A stretch of DNA of 39,356 nucleotides from a virus. Taxonomy: Duplodnaviria; Caudoviricetes. The position numbers and the translations under genes are program-made. Within the stretch, counting starts at the first letter, position 1, and each line of letters begins with the position of its first letter. The notes beneath the pieces were generated by a model. It was not told where the DNA came from, did not search any database, and saw only the letters and a list, made by a program, of their open reading frames with translations. The DNA is taken from the IMG/VR virus record IMGVR_UViG_3300029925_000036, positions 1 through 39,356 of that record. The stretch is one strand, 5' to 3'. This document shows positions 26,694-34,280 of this stretch, one piece after another.

Positions 26694-27145
26694 ATGCAGG
26701 TCATAGGGTAGTGAAGTTCGTCGATCTAAATGTTCGAGAGATCAATTCGTTTGGTATGGACTACTATCGATACCACAGCCTCCAATCGCTAGATGGTGCA
26801 GTACATATCTCGGAGGATCGTGTGGTGGAGGTGGCCGTTGATTCAGGTGTGCGAGTCGTACCAATCCACAGGATTTGCCACTCCGCACGTAAGGACCTGT
26901 ACATCGCGTACTCACAGGAAGTACAGGAGTTACTGGAGATACCAATCAATTCCATCACAGCCGAGCTGCGAAGTATGACACATGAGCGCGACCAGGCTAG
27001 CAACCTACATGCGAACCTGGTACACACCGTAGACCAATGTACCCAACTGTCATTCATAGATCGACTACAACATTTAATTTTAGGTCGCCGATTCGCACAC
27101 GCTTTTTTAGATCGGTACTGCCACCGAGTGAGCAGTACTACGTGA
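26690..27145 (+). CDS. Hypothetical protein inserted between the two polA parts
   Basis: 151 aa with ATGA and GTGA overlaps at its ends. No HNH, LAGLIDADG, GIY-YIG or intein motifs. Confidence 0.7.
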   Translation: MNAGHRVVKFVDLNVREINSFGMDYYRYHSLQSLDGAVHISEDRVVEVAVDSGVRVVPIHRICHSARKDLYIAYSQEVQELLEIPINSITAELRSMTHERDQASNLHANLVHTVDQCTQLSFIDRLQHLILGRRFAHAFLDRYCHRVSSTT

Positions 27146-27912
27146 AGTACCTGGTCGAATTCGACGCCGCCGGTCAGGAGGCGCGCTTCATGGCCGAGTT
27201 CAGCCGTGACGCTGCGATGCTGGATATCTTCGCCCACGATAAAGACTTCCATAGCAACACAGGTTCGGCGATTAGTGGTATTCCATACGATGAATTTATG
27301 GCGCGTAAGGCTGCGGGTGATGAGGCCATAGTCGGCGATTTCGGCCTGCGGTACTGCGGTAAGTTCGTGGGGCTATCGAACCAGTACCGAGTCGGTGCAC
27401 GTAAGTCTCGCCTGGTAGCACGTGTGCAGTACGGGCTAGATGAAAACATCCACGTCATACGCAATTGGCAGAAGGCGTACCACCGTGCCTATCCCAATAT
27501 TAAGAAGTACTGGGGTGCCGCGATCCGCAGGGCGAAAGAGCAGGGCTACGCCGAGACATTAGCTGGCAGGCGGTTTCACATACGTAGCTGGTCAGGCGAC
27601 GATCGATGGGGATCTGAGTCGAGTGCGATTAATTTCCCCATCCAAGGCAGCGGTGCGGATATGAAAGAGCTAGCGATAGCCATCATGAACACCAAGCACC
27701 CAGAGTTTGAGTTTACGTTCGACCTACACGATGGCTTATTTTACACACTAGAAGCACCAACCGAAGCAGCAGCGCGTGATCAGGTCAGTACTGCACGTGA
27801 GACACTGGACAACCTACCCTACAAGTCAGCGTGGGGCTGGACACCAACAATTAAATTCCCTTGGGATGCGGCTTATGGCCCTGACTGGGGTCACATGAAG
27901 GAGTTAAAATAA
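27142..27912 (+). CDS. polA: DNA polymerase family A, C-terminal part (motifs A, B, C)
   Basis: Motif A EFDAAGQEAR, DFHS, motif B RYCGKFVGLSNQY, AINFPIQGSGAD and motif C LHDG. The probable start is GTG 27142; the frame is open from 27037. Confidence 0.85.
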   Translation: MKYLVEFDAAGQEARFMAEFSRDAAMLDIFAHDKDFHSNTGSAISGIPYDEFMARKAAGDEAIVGDFGLRYCGKFVGLSNQYRVGARKSRLVARVQYGLDENIHVIRNWQKAYHRAYPNIKKYWGAAIRRAKEQGYAETLAGRRFHIRSWSGDDRWGSESSAINFPIQGSGADMKELAIAIMNTKHPEFEFTFDLHDGLFYTLEAPTEAAARDQVSTARETLDNLPYKSAWGWTPTIKFPWDAAYGPDWGHMKELK

Positions 27913-28412
27913 TGCCAAAGATTCACCACGCAGAGAGCGCCCACGGGCTGAAGAAGCAGTACTATACATGTGGGGTAGAGGGGATTGTACACTCAGCACA
28001 CATGACCCAGCATGTGACCTGTGTAAAGTGCTTGCAGGCGCTGATATCTAAGGCATATGTTACGATCACAGATCAGCGTGAGGTCATCGACATACTCAAA
28101 GATATGGAGAAGCACACAACATCACAACTCGAAGAGGTGATTAGTTCCCACGCCAAGGTGTCGGAGCGACTCGAAGATCAGAAGGAGCGACTTGACTCAA
28201 CCATAGCAGAGTGTGACGACTTCATGCGCAGGGATCTAGCTTCGCTGCAGCGGGCCACGATTGGCCCCCAGGCTGCGCAGTTCGCTGAGGCCAACGAACA
28301 CTGGGCCTCCGGCCCTGATGAGTTAGCAGGAGCGGCGTTGGAAGCTGCATACATCAAAGGTAAGAAATTCGAGCAGGACCGATTAAGCATACTGCTGGGG
28401 CTAGGTAAATGA
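27912..28412 (+). CDS. Hypothetical protein (N-terminal Cys/His motif, coiled coil)
   Basis: 166 aa, TAATG coupling, VTCVKC. Confidence 0.65.
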   Translation: MPKIHHAESAHGLKKQYYTCGVEGIVHSAHMTQHVTCVKCLQALISKAYVTITDQREVIDILKDMEKHTTSQLEEVISSHAKVSERLEDQKERLDSTIAECDDFMRRDLASLQRATIGPQAAQFAEANEHWASGPDELAGAALEAAYIKGKKFEQDRLSILLGLGK

Positions 28413-28613
28413 CTCAGCACATCGCATGGAGCTGGAGCCGAACTGGCTCGACTACTGGCACCAGGAGCATCCAAATGAGTATTGAAGTAGTTGAGATGCT
28501 AGCAGCGAGCATCACGTTCGCTGCGCTACTCCTGTCGGTTGCGATAGTAGGCGGTGCCTTTCTGATAAGTTTGAGGTTCGGTAAATGACTCAGCACATCG
28601 CATGGAGCTGGAG
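28404..28613 (+). repeat. 34-bp exact direct repeat (28404-28437 and 28580-28613)
   Basis: GGTAAATGACTCAGCACATCGCATGGAGCTGGAG occurs twice. It duplicates the stop/start junction and first codons of the nuclease gene. Confidence 0.95.
28475..28588 (+). CDS. Small single-pass membrane protein (37 aa; 59 aa if started at 28409)
   Basis: AGGAG Shine-Dalgarno; MSIEVVEMLAASITFAALLLSVAIVGGAFLISLRFGK; ATGA overlap with the next gene. Not in the ORF track. Confidence 0.6.
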   Translation: MSIEVVEMLAASITFAALLLSVAIVGGAFLISLRFGK

Positions 28614-29292
28614 TCGGCTAAACACCTTCGAGCAGTGCCCGCGAAAGTTCTTCCTGCAGAACATCAGCAAGGAGCTTAAGTACGTACGGTCAGCTGCAGC
28701 TAAGCGCGGTGATGACCTACATAAGTCACTCGAACTGGCGTGCAACAAGTACATCTCGACACGCGGCCAAGTGTCGCTAGCTGCTGAGTTACCCGCTGAG
28801 CTGGCGCACATGTCCAAGCTAATATCGGGGCTACTACGGGACGTACCTGCGATCGACTCGACTGTTGATACCTACTACGCCGTGGACGCGGACTTTACCG
28901 TACTGAGTAACTATTTCTCGAAGGCGACGTTCTTAAGATTCTCAGTTGATCTCGGTATTCGCCGCGGTAAGAAAGCGACGATCATCGACTGGAAGACCGG
29001 CAAGAATTACGGCTATGCCGACCAGTTAAAGCTGATGGCCGCTGTCACGATGTCGATCATCTGGCCAGGCGTCGACGAGGTCACGGCCTACTATGTATAT
29101 GTAGATCAGAACGAGGTGTCCAAGCGGACATTTAAACGTGATGACCTTGACGATATATGGGACGACCTGCTCGGCCGTGCGTACCAAATGCAAAAGTCCG
29201 TCGAGTCTGGCGAATGGCCTGAGTGCAAAAACAATTTCTGCAAGTGGTGTGACGCCACACCTGCGATGTGCAAAACGAAAAGGGGATTATGA
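28585..29292 (+). CDS. Cas4/RecB-like PD-(D/E)XK exonuclease
   Basis: SWSRLNTFEQCPR, RG..LH, VDL, IIDWKTG, QL and C-terminal CKWC...C. Confidence 0.88.
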   Translation: MTQHIAWSWSRLNTFEQCPRKFFLQNISKELKYVRSAAAKRGDDLHKSLELACNKYISTRGQVSLAAELPAELAHMSKLISGLLRDVPAIDSTVDTYYAVDADFTVLSNYFSKATFLRFSVDLGIRRGKKATIIDWKTGKNYGYADQLKLMAAVTMSIIWPGVDEVTAYYVYVDQNEVSKRTFKRDDLDDIWDDLLGRAYQMQKSVESGEWPECKNNFCKWCDATPAMCKTKRGL

Positions 29293-29834
29293 TGAATAAC
29301 GTAATGATTGATATTGAGACACTGGCACTCACACCGGACGCGACGATCCTGTCGATCGGCGCTGTAAAATTTGACGAGATCAGTATGGGCGACGAGTTCT
29401 ATTTTGAACTGAAGCCAGATCAGGGCCGCGGGATCGACCCAGGCACTGCGCTGTGGTGGGCACAGCAGTCGAGTGCGTTCGACGATGGGTTGGTTAAGTA
29501 CGGGCTCCGCGAAGTAATACACCATTTGAATTGCTTCCTCCTCGACGGGGCACATGACCCACTCGAAAACCAACCAGACTTTAAAGGTAAGATCTGGGCG
29601 AATTCACCTGTATTTGACTTGGCGATCCTGCGAGATGTATACGCTGATCGAGGTCACGATCTAGAGTGCCCTTGGAAGTACTACCAGGAGCGAGACGTCA
29701 GAACAGTGAAAGCGTTCATACCAAAAGATGGGCGACCAACATTTAAAGGTCGGCCACACCACGCACTCGACGATGCAAAGCATCAGGTCGAATTAGTATG
29801 GGCATTCCTGGCTAGGTCGGGGCTATCGCTATGA
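29289..29834 (+). CDS. DEDDh 3'-5' exonuclease (Rv2179c-like)
   Basis: VMIDIETL, ILSIGAVKF, WANSPVFDLAIL, RDVRT and HHALDDAKHQ. Confidence 0.9.
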   Translation: MMNNVMIDIETLALTPDATILSIGAVKFDEISMGDEFYFELKPDQGRGIDPGTALWWAQQSSAFDDGLVKYGLREVIHHLNCFLLDGAHDPLENQPDFKGKIWANSPVFDLAILRDVYADRGHDLECPWKYYQERDVRTVKAFIPKDGRPTFKGRPHHALDDAKHQVELVWAFLARSGLSL

Positions 29835-30172
29835 CACCCGAAGGTAGAGTCAAAAAAGCAATTGGGGCGTGGTTGGACGCTGAGCACCCGGCCGCGTTCT
29901 ACTTCAAGCCGGTCAGCAACGGCATGGGTAAGCACGGTATCCCGGACTTTATATGCTGTGTACCAGCGGTAGTAACTCAAGCTATGGTTGGTAAGTCAAT
30001 CGGCCTGTTCGTGGGTATCGAAGCCAAGACCACCGCAGGTGTCGTCAGTAAGCACCAGGTGCTACGTATCAACGAGATCATAGCTGCTGGTGGGCTGGCG
30101 CTGGTAGTACGCGGTGCTGATGGCTCATTGAGTGCTGCACGCAGTATCATCGCAGAAGCAACTGGAGGTTAA
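29831..30172 (+). CDS. VRR-NUC domain nuclease / resolvase
   Basis: MTPEGRVK, GIPDFI, FVGIEAK, Q and AAGGLALVV. Confidence 0.9.
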   Translation: MTPEGRVKKAIGAWLDAEHPAAFYFKPVSNGMGKHGIPDFICCVPAVVTQAMVGKSIGLFVGIEAKTTAGVVSKHQVLRINEIIAAGGLALVVRGADGSLSAARSIIAEATGG

Positions 30173-30173
30173 T

Positions 30174-30485
30174 ATGGCTGAGCGACTAAAACCACGCGAG
30201 CGGAAGGCGCTGGTACTAGCAGCCGCTGTCAGAGTCGCAGTACGTACTGGCTATATGGTACTCACACGTAAGGACATCGCCGCTGAGGCCGATATCACCG
30301 AAGCGCGAGTGTCACAGCTGTTCGGTTCGATGCCCAAGCTCAGGCGAGCTGTCATGCGGTATGCGGTTAGGTACTCGGTACTTGAGGTTGTGGCGCAAGG
30401 GCTGACTGTGAATGATCTACAGGCGACCCGAGCATCAGACTCCATACGTCAGGCAGCAATTGAATTGTTCGGTGTTGCGATATGA
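30174..30485 (+). CDS. TetR-like HTH DNA-binding protein
   Basis: RKALVLAAAV...LTRKDIAAEADITEARVSQLFGSMPKL. ATG 30174 follows GGAGG. Confidence 0.75.
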   Translation: MAERLKPRERKALVLAAAVRVAVRTGYMVLTRKDIAAEADITEARVSQLFGSMPKLRRAVMRYAVRYSVLEVVAQGLTVNDLQATRASDSIRQAAIELFGVAI

Positions 30486-30760
30486 GTACCGAGACAGGTC
30501 AGATGATCCTGGACGTCAAGAAGCAGTGGGATGTTGGTGGCGTACCGTTCGAAGATCGAAGTATCAAACTCGACCAGGAGGATCTGTTCCGGCTGTGCCG
30601 GGAGCTGATCACCACGTGGGTAGGTAGGCGGGAGTGCCTATATGCACAAGATCTGGAGATCTGCATGATGGCGATCGAGTGTAAGCACTGGGCGATCGCG
30701 CGACGTACAATGCCCACAACCTTCCACGGGGTTGAACTAATTTTGGAGGTAGTCGAGTGA
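30482..30760 (+). CDS. Hypothetical protein
   Basis: 92 aa, overlaps both neighbours by 4 nt. Confidence 0.55.
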   Translation: MSTETGQMILDVKKQWDVGGVPFEDRSIKLDQEDLFRLCRELITTWVGRRECLYAQDLEICMMAIECKHWAIARRTMPTTFHGVELILEVVE

Positions 30761-30978
30761 GTAAGAAACCATTAGGTCCAATTGATAAGTTAGAATTGAC
30801 GGTAGTCCCATGTACGCGCCCTGGGTCCACACCGACTGCTGTCGAGGTCCACATTATAGTGCACTCCGAGGGGCGTAAGTTAGAGGTTGGTGATATCCTA
30901 GATAACCCGTCTGAAGCTGATTGGGATCAATACTTCTCAGCCGCAAAAGCGAACCTCAAGAAGTACATTACGAAATGA
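30757..30978 (+). CDS. Hypothetical protein
   Basis: 73 aa, GGAGG Shine-Dalgarno, coupled at both ends. Confidence 0.6.
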   Translation: MSKKPLGPIDKLELTVVPCTRPGSTPTAVEVHIIVHSEGRKLEVGDILDNPSEADWDQYFSAAKANLKKYITK

Positions 30979-32363
30979 GCCTCGCTAACCGTTACGACTT
31001 CCCCGGTCGGTTCACGCCGTTCGACCACCAACTGAAGACGTTCGAGGATCTCGTGCTCAACCCCCGCTGGTTTGTATTTAACGATATCGGTACAGGCAAG
31101 ACACTCAGTGCGATCTGGGCAGCGGACTTTCTACAGCGGTTCAAGCGTATCGGCCGGGTGCTGATCATCTCGACGCTTAGTACGCTGTGGCGCGTGTGGG
31201 CTGATGAGCTGTACATCACGCTGCCAGGTAAGACTGCTGTGGTATTGCACGGATCACGCGCCAAGCGCCAAGAGCTACTTGACGAGAAGCACGATTTCTA
31301 CATCATCAACCATGATGGTATAAAAGTACTCGGCAAGGAACTCGACGCGCGTAAGGACATCACCCACATCATTTTAGATGAAGGTGCCCAGTTCAGAACA
31401 AAGACAACTGAGAAGTGGCGGGCGCTCGACGCGCTGTGTGGGTACGACTCCAAGAAGCAGGCTTTCCGGCGTTCGATCTGGTGGATGACCGGCTCACCTA
31501 TGCCACATCAGCCGACAGATATCTGGGCACAGTGCCGGATCGTCACACCGCTAAAGGTACCAAAATACTTTTCACGCTTTCGTGAGTCTGTGATGTCGCA
31601 ACAGGGGCCGTTCAAGTGGCTACCACGCCGTGGCTGGGAGTCGTACGTGTACTCACTACTTGCTGATGTATCAACACGGTTCGTGCGTGATGCGTGTATC
31701 GACTTACCACCATGTGTGACTGAGGTGCGTGAGTGTGAAATGTCAGCGCAGCAGAAACAACTGTACGCTGAGATGAAGCGCGAACTGGTGATCGAGTTAG
31801 GGGCCAGTAAGATCACCGCTGCGAACGAGGGTGTCAAGCGGTTGAAGCTGATGCAGCTGGCCTGTGGTATCGCGTACGCACCGAACGCCGATCCGATCGC
31901 AGTTGATGTTAAACCAAAGTTGAGAGTGTTATTGGAAGTACTCGAAGAAGCAGGGGGTAAGGTACTAATATTCACGCCGTTTAAACATTCGACGGCACTA
32001 CTACACAGAGTGCTGAAGTCCAAGTACCGTACCGGTATGGTGACAGGTGCCGTAGGTACGTCAAAGCGCAGTGAGATTTTTAAGGAGTTCCAAACGGGTG
32101 ATCTACAGATCATCGTAGCTCACCCGCAGACAATGGCTCATGGGTTAACACTGACCGCGAGTAGTACAGTGATCTGGTGGGGTCCAATCGATAGCTATGA
32201 ATACTACGAGCAGGCAATCGGTCGGATCACACGCCCGGGTCAGAAGTCGAAACAAACGGTTGTACAGTTAGTGTGCTCCGATGTGGAGCGAGCTGTATAT
32301 AAACGATTAGAAACTAAGCAGTCCATGCAGGGGCTGCTGCTAGAATTACTGAGGAGTAAGTAA
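30975..32363 (+). CDS. SNF2-family (SF2) helicase
   Basis: PFDHQ, DIGTGKT, ILDEG, MTGSP, HGLTLT and QAIGRITRPGQ. ATG 30975 overlaps the upstream stop. Confidence 0.92.
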   Translation: MSLANRYDFPGRFTPFDHQLKTFEDLVLNPRWFVFNDIGTGKTLSAIWAADFLQRFKRIGRVLIISTLSTLWRVWADELYITLPGKTAVVLHGSRAKRQELLDEKHDFYIINHDGIKVLGKELDARKDITHIILDEGAQFRTKTTEKWRALDALCGYDSKKQAFRRSIWWMTGSPMPHQPTDIWAQCRIVTPLKVPKYFSRFRESVMSQQGPFKWLPRRGWESYVYSLLADVSTRFVRDACIDLPPCVTEVRECEMSAQQKQLYAEMKRELVIELGASKITAANEGVKRLKLMQLACGIAYAPNADPIAVDVKPKLRVLLEVLEEAGGKVLIFTPFKHSTALLHRVLKSKYRTGMVTGAVGTSKRSEIFKEFQTGDLQIIVAHPQTMAHGLTLTASSTVIWWGPIDSYEYYEQAIGRITRPGQKSKQTVVQLVCSDVERAVYKRLETKQSMQGLLLELLRSK

Positions 32364-32860
32364 TGGCACACACAGCGGAGCAATTAATTAGCGCCTACGT
32401 CAAGATGCGTGATGATCGAGACGCCAAGGTAAAAGAGTTCGAGGTATTTAAAAAAGCCCGTAACGCTCAGATGGAGCAGATCACCGCCGCGCTCGGTAAG
32501 ATCATGCGCGATACAGGTGTAGATTCTCTAAAATCTACGTCAGCAGGTACCGCGTTCAAAGCCACAAAAGATTTCGTCGGTATTGATGACTGGCCAACCT
32601 TCATGGAGTTCATAGCGCGAGGGCTGATCAAGGAGATAGGATATGAAGAGCCGAGCCACTGGTGTGTAGGGATAAAAGAGCCGAGCCACTGGTGTGATGA
32701 GGCCGTGCAGAAGATTATCACATCCGATCAGTTCGCGTTCTTCAATAAGGCAGTTAAGAAAGCAACCGTCAAGGAGTTCATGAGCGACAACGATGACCAG
32801 TTACCACCCGGTCTTAACTACAGCACACAGATTGAAATTCAAATACGGAGACCCAAATGA
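32363..32860 (+). CDS. Conserved phage replication-region protein (Gam/Gp157-like character)
   Basis: N-terminal coiled coil, GVDSLKST.AGT, DDW..F and LPPGLN. It contains a 30-bp in-frame duplication (EPSHWC twice). Confidence 0.6.
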   Translation: MAHTAEQLISAYVKMRDDRDAKVKEFEVFKKARNAQMEQITAALGKIMRDTGVDSLKSTSAGTAFKATKDFVGIDDWPTFMEFIARGLIKEIGYEEPSHWCVGIKEPSHWCDEAVQKIITSDQFAFFNKAVKKATVKEFMSDNDDQLPPGLNYSTQIEIQIRRPK

Positions 32861-33111
32861 AGCAAACCCTTTTACACCTAGCCGGGCGCGTCGAGAGACA
32901 GGTACTCGCCTACGCACCAGGGCCGAAGAATCAGACCACTGATGCAATGAAGGCGTTCGGTACCGACCTCGCAAAAATATTGCGCGCAGAGGCAGAAGTA
33001 TCTAAGGATGTCGATATTGAAGCCCTCGTGGCACAGCGAGTCACTGAAGAACTTGAGAGTCTAACCGGCACCCGACCTAAAACCACCAATAAAAAAGGAT
33101 TTAAATCATGA
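32857..33111 (+). CDS. Hypothetical protein
   Basis: 84 aa, ATGA overlaps at both ends. Confidence 0.6.
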   Translation: MKQTLLHLAGRVERQVLAYAPGPKNQTTDAMKAFGTDLAKILRAEAEVSKDVDIEALVAQRVTEELESLTGTRPKTTNKKGFKS

Positions 33112-34244
33112 ATCAGCTCGTAAGTTTAAATGACGCACAACTACCGGACCATATACGTGGTGGCTCATCACAGGCAATCGGCCTTGTAACATCAGAATCA
33201 CGCCCACGTATTGCACTGCGTGATGCGTGCTTTGTACTGAAGAAAGATGGTAACGAGATCAAAGTACCCATTGGCCAGCCGATCAATGTGATTATATTGG
33301 GTATCGACCCACCTGAAGCTAAACACACCTCGAAGACATACTACGAGGGTGCTTGGGTTGAGGGTTCAGCCGACGCACCTGACTGCTCATCCGGTGATGG
33401 TGTTACACCTGACGCATCGATCGCAAACCCGCAGTGCAAGTCGTGCGCTAAGTGCCCGAAGAATGCCTGGGGTAGTGGTACAAATTCAGATGGCACTGCG
33501 AGCGCGGGTAAAGCCTGTTCGGATCGCAAGAATTTATTTGTGACTGTCGCGGGTAAAGCTGCCGAGGGTGATATCTTCACACTATCAGTACCGCCAACAT
33601 CGTTGAAGGCACTTAGCGCGTTCGGTCGCGAGCTGGTACGTCACGACATCAACATGAATAAGATCATCACACAGATCGCCGTTGACCCTGACAACTCGAA
33701 GGGCATGCTATTCGGCTACGCTGGCTTCCTGGAGCAGGACCTCTCGGATCGAGTCGCTGCGCGTGCGGCTGGCCCAGAAGTAGCTGAGATGGCACACCAA
33801 TCACTACCTGCACCCGCAGCTGAACCACAGCAGGTCGCTGATGCAGGCGCTGGAGAGTTAGACCTCGACGCGCTCGATACACAGCCTGATGTAGCCGCAG
33901 TAGCACCTAAGTCTGATGTAGCCGCAGTAGCACCTAAGTCTGATGTAGCCGCTGAGAAAGTCGCTAATACACAGCCTACAGCCAGTGGTACCACTGATAA
34001 GGATGGCTGGGCATGGGATGGTCGTATCCACAGCGCAGGTAAGACACTGAACGCGGATGGTACCTGGCGCCTAAAACGTGGTGTCGCGAAGGAGCTGATC
34101 GACACAGTACTCGCCGAGCAGGGCGGCTCACCTACCGAGGTGGGCCCAGAAAAAGTTGTCGGGGCTACGACTGAAGTTGCCGCCGATGCGTCCAGCACGG
34201 CTGACCTGGACGACCTACTCGGCGAGTGGGGGTCAGGTGTTTAA
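33108..34244 (+). CDS. Putative single-stranded DNA-binding protein with Zn-binding motif
   Basis: PDCSS.DG..P, CAKCPKNAWGS, GKAC, L.VPPTSLK and an acidic tail DLDDLLGEW. A 27-bp tandem repeat lies at about 33886-33952. Confidence 0.7.
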   Translation: MNQLVSLNDAQLPDHIRGGSSQAIGLVTSESRPRIALRDACFVLKKDGNEIKVPIGQPINVIILGIDPPEAKHTSKTYYEGAWVEGSADAPDCSSGDGVTPDASIANPQCKSCAKCPKNAWGSGTNSDGTASAGKACSDRKNLFVTVAGKAAEGDIFTLSVPPTSLKALSAFGRELVRHDINMNKIITQIAVDPDNSKGMLFGYAGFLEQDLSDRVAARAAGPEVAEMAHQSLPAPAAEPQQVADAGAGELDLDALDTQPDVAAVAPKSDVAAVAPKSDVAAEKVANTQPTASGTTDKDGWAWDGRIHSAGKTLNADGTWRLKRGVAKELIDTVLAEQGGSPTEVGPEKVVGATTEVAADASSTADLDDLLGEWGSGV

Positions 34245-34256
34245 GTAAGTAGTATC

Positions 34257-34280
34257 GAGGCTCTCAGAGATGGGGGCCTC
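34257..34280 (+). terminator. Hairpin at the convergence of the two arms
   Basis: GAGGCTCTC-AGAGAT-GGGGGCCTC, a 9-bp stem with two G-U pairs and no U-tract. Confidence 0.35.

Noticed and set aside
26690-27145. Intein or homing-endonuclease intron in polA
   Set aside because: The insert is out of frame with stops, has no Cys/Ser...His-Asn intein ends and no endonuclease motif, and leaves no non-coding room for a ribozyme core. A covariance search is still needed to exclude an intron formally.
22475-30172. Z-genome (2-aminoadenine) biosynthesis cluster
   Set aside because: No ORF shows PurA/PurZ, HD-domain DatZ or MazG motifs.
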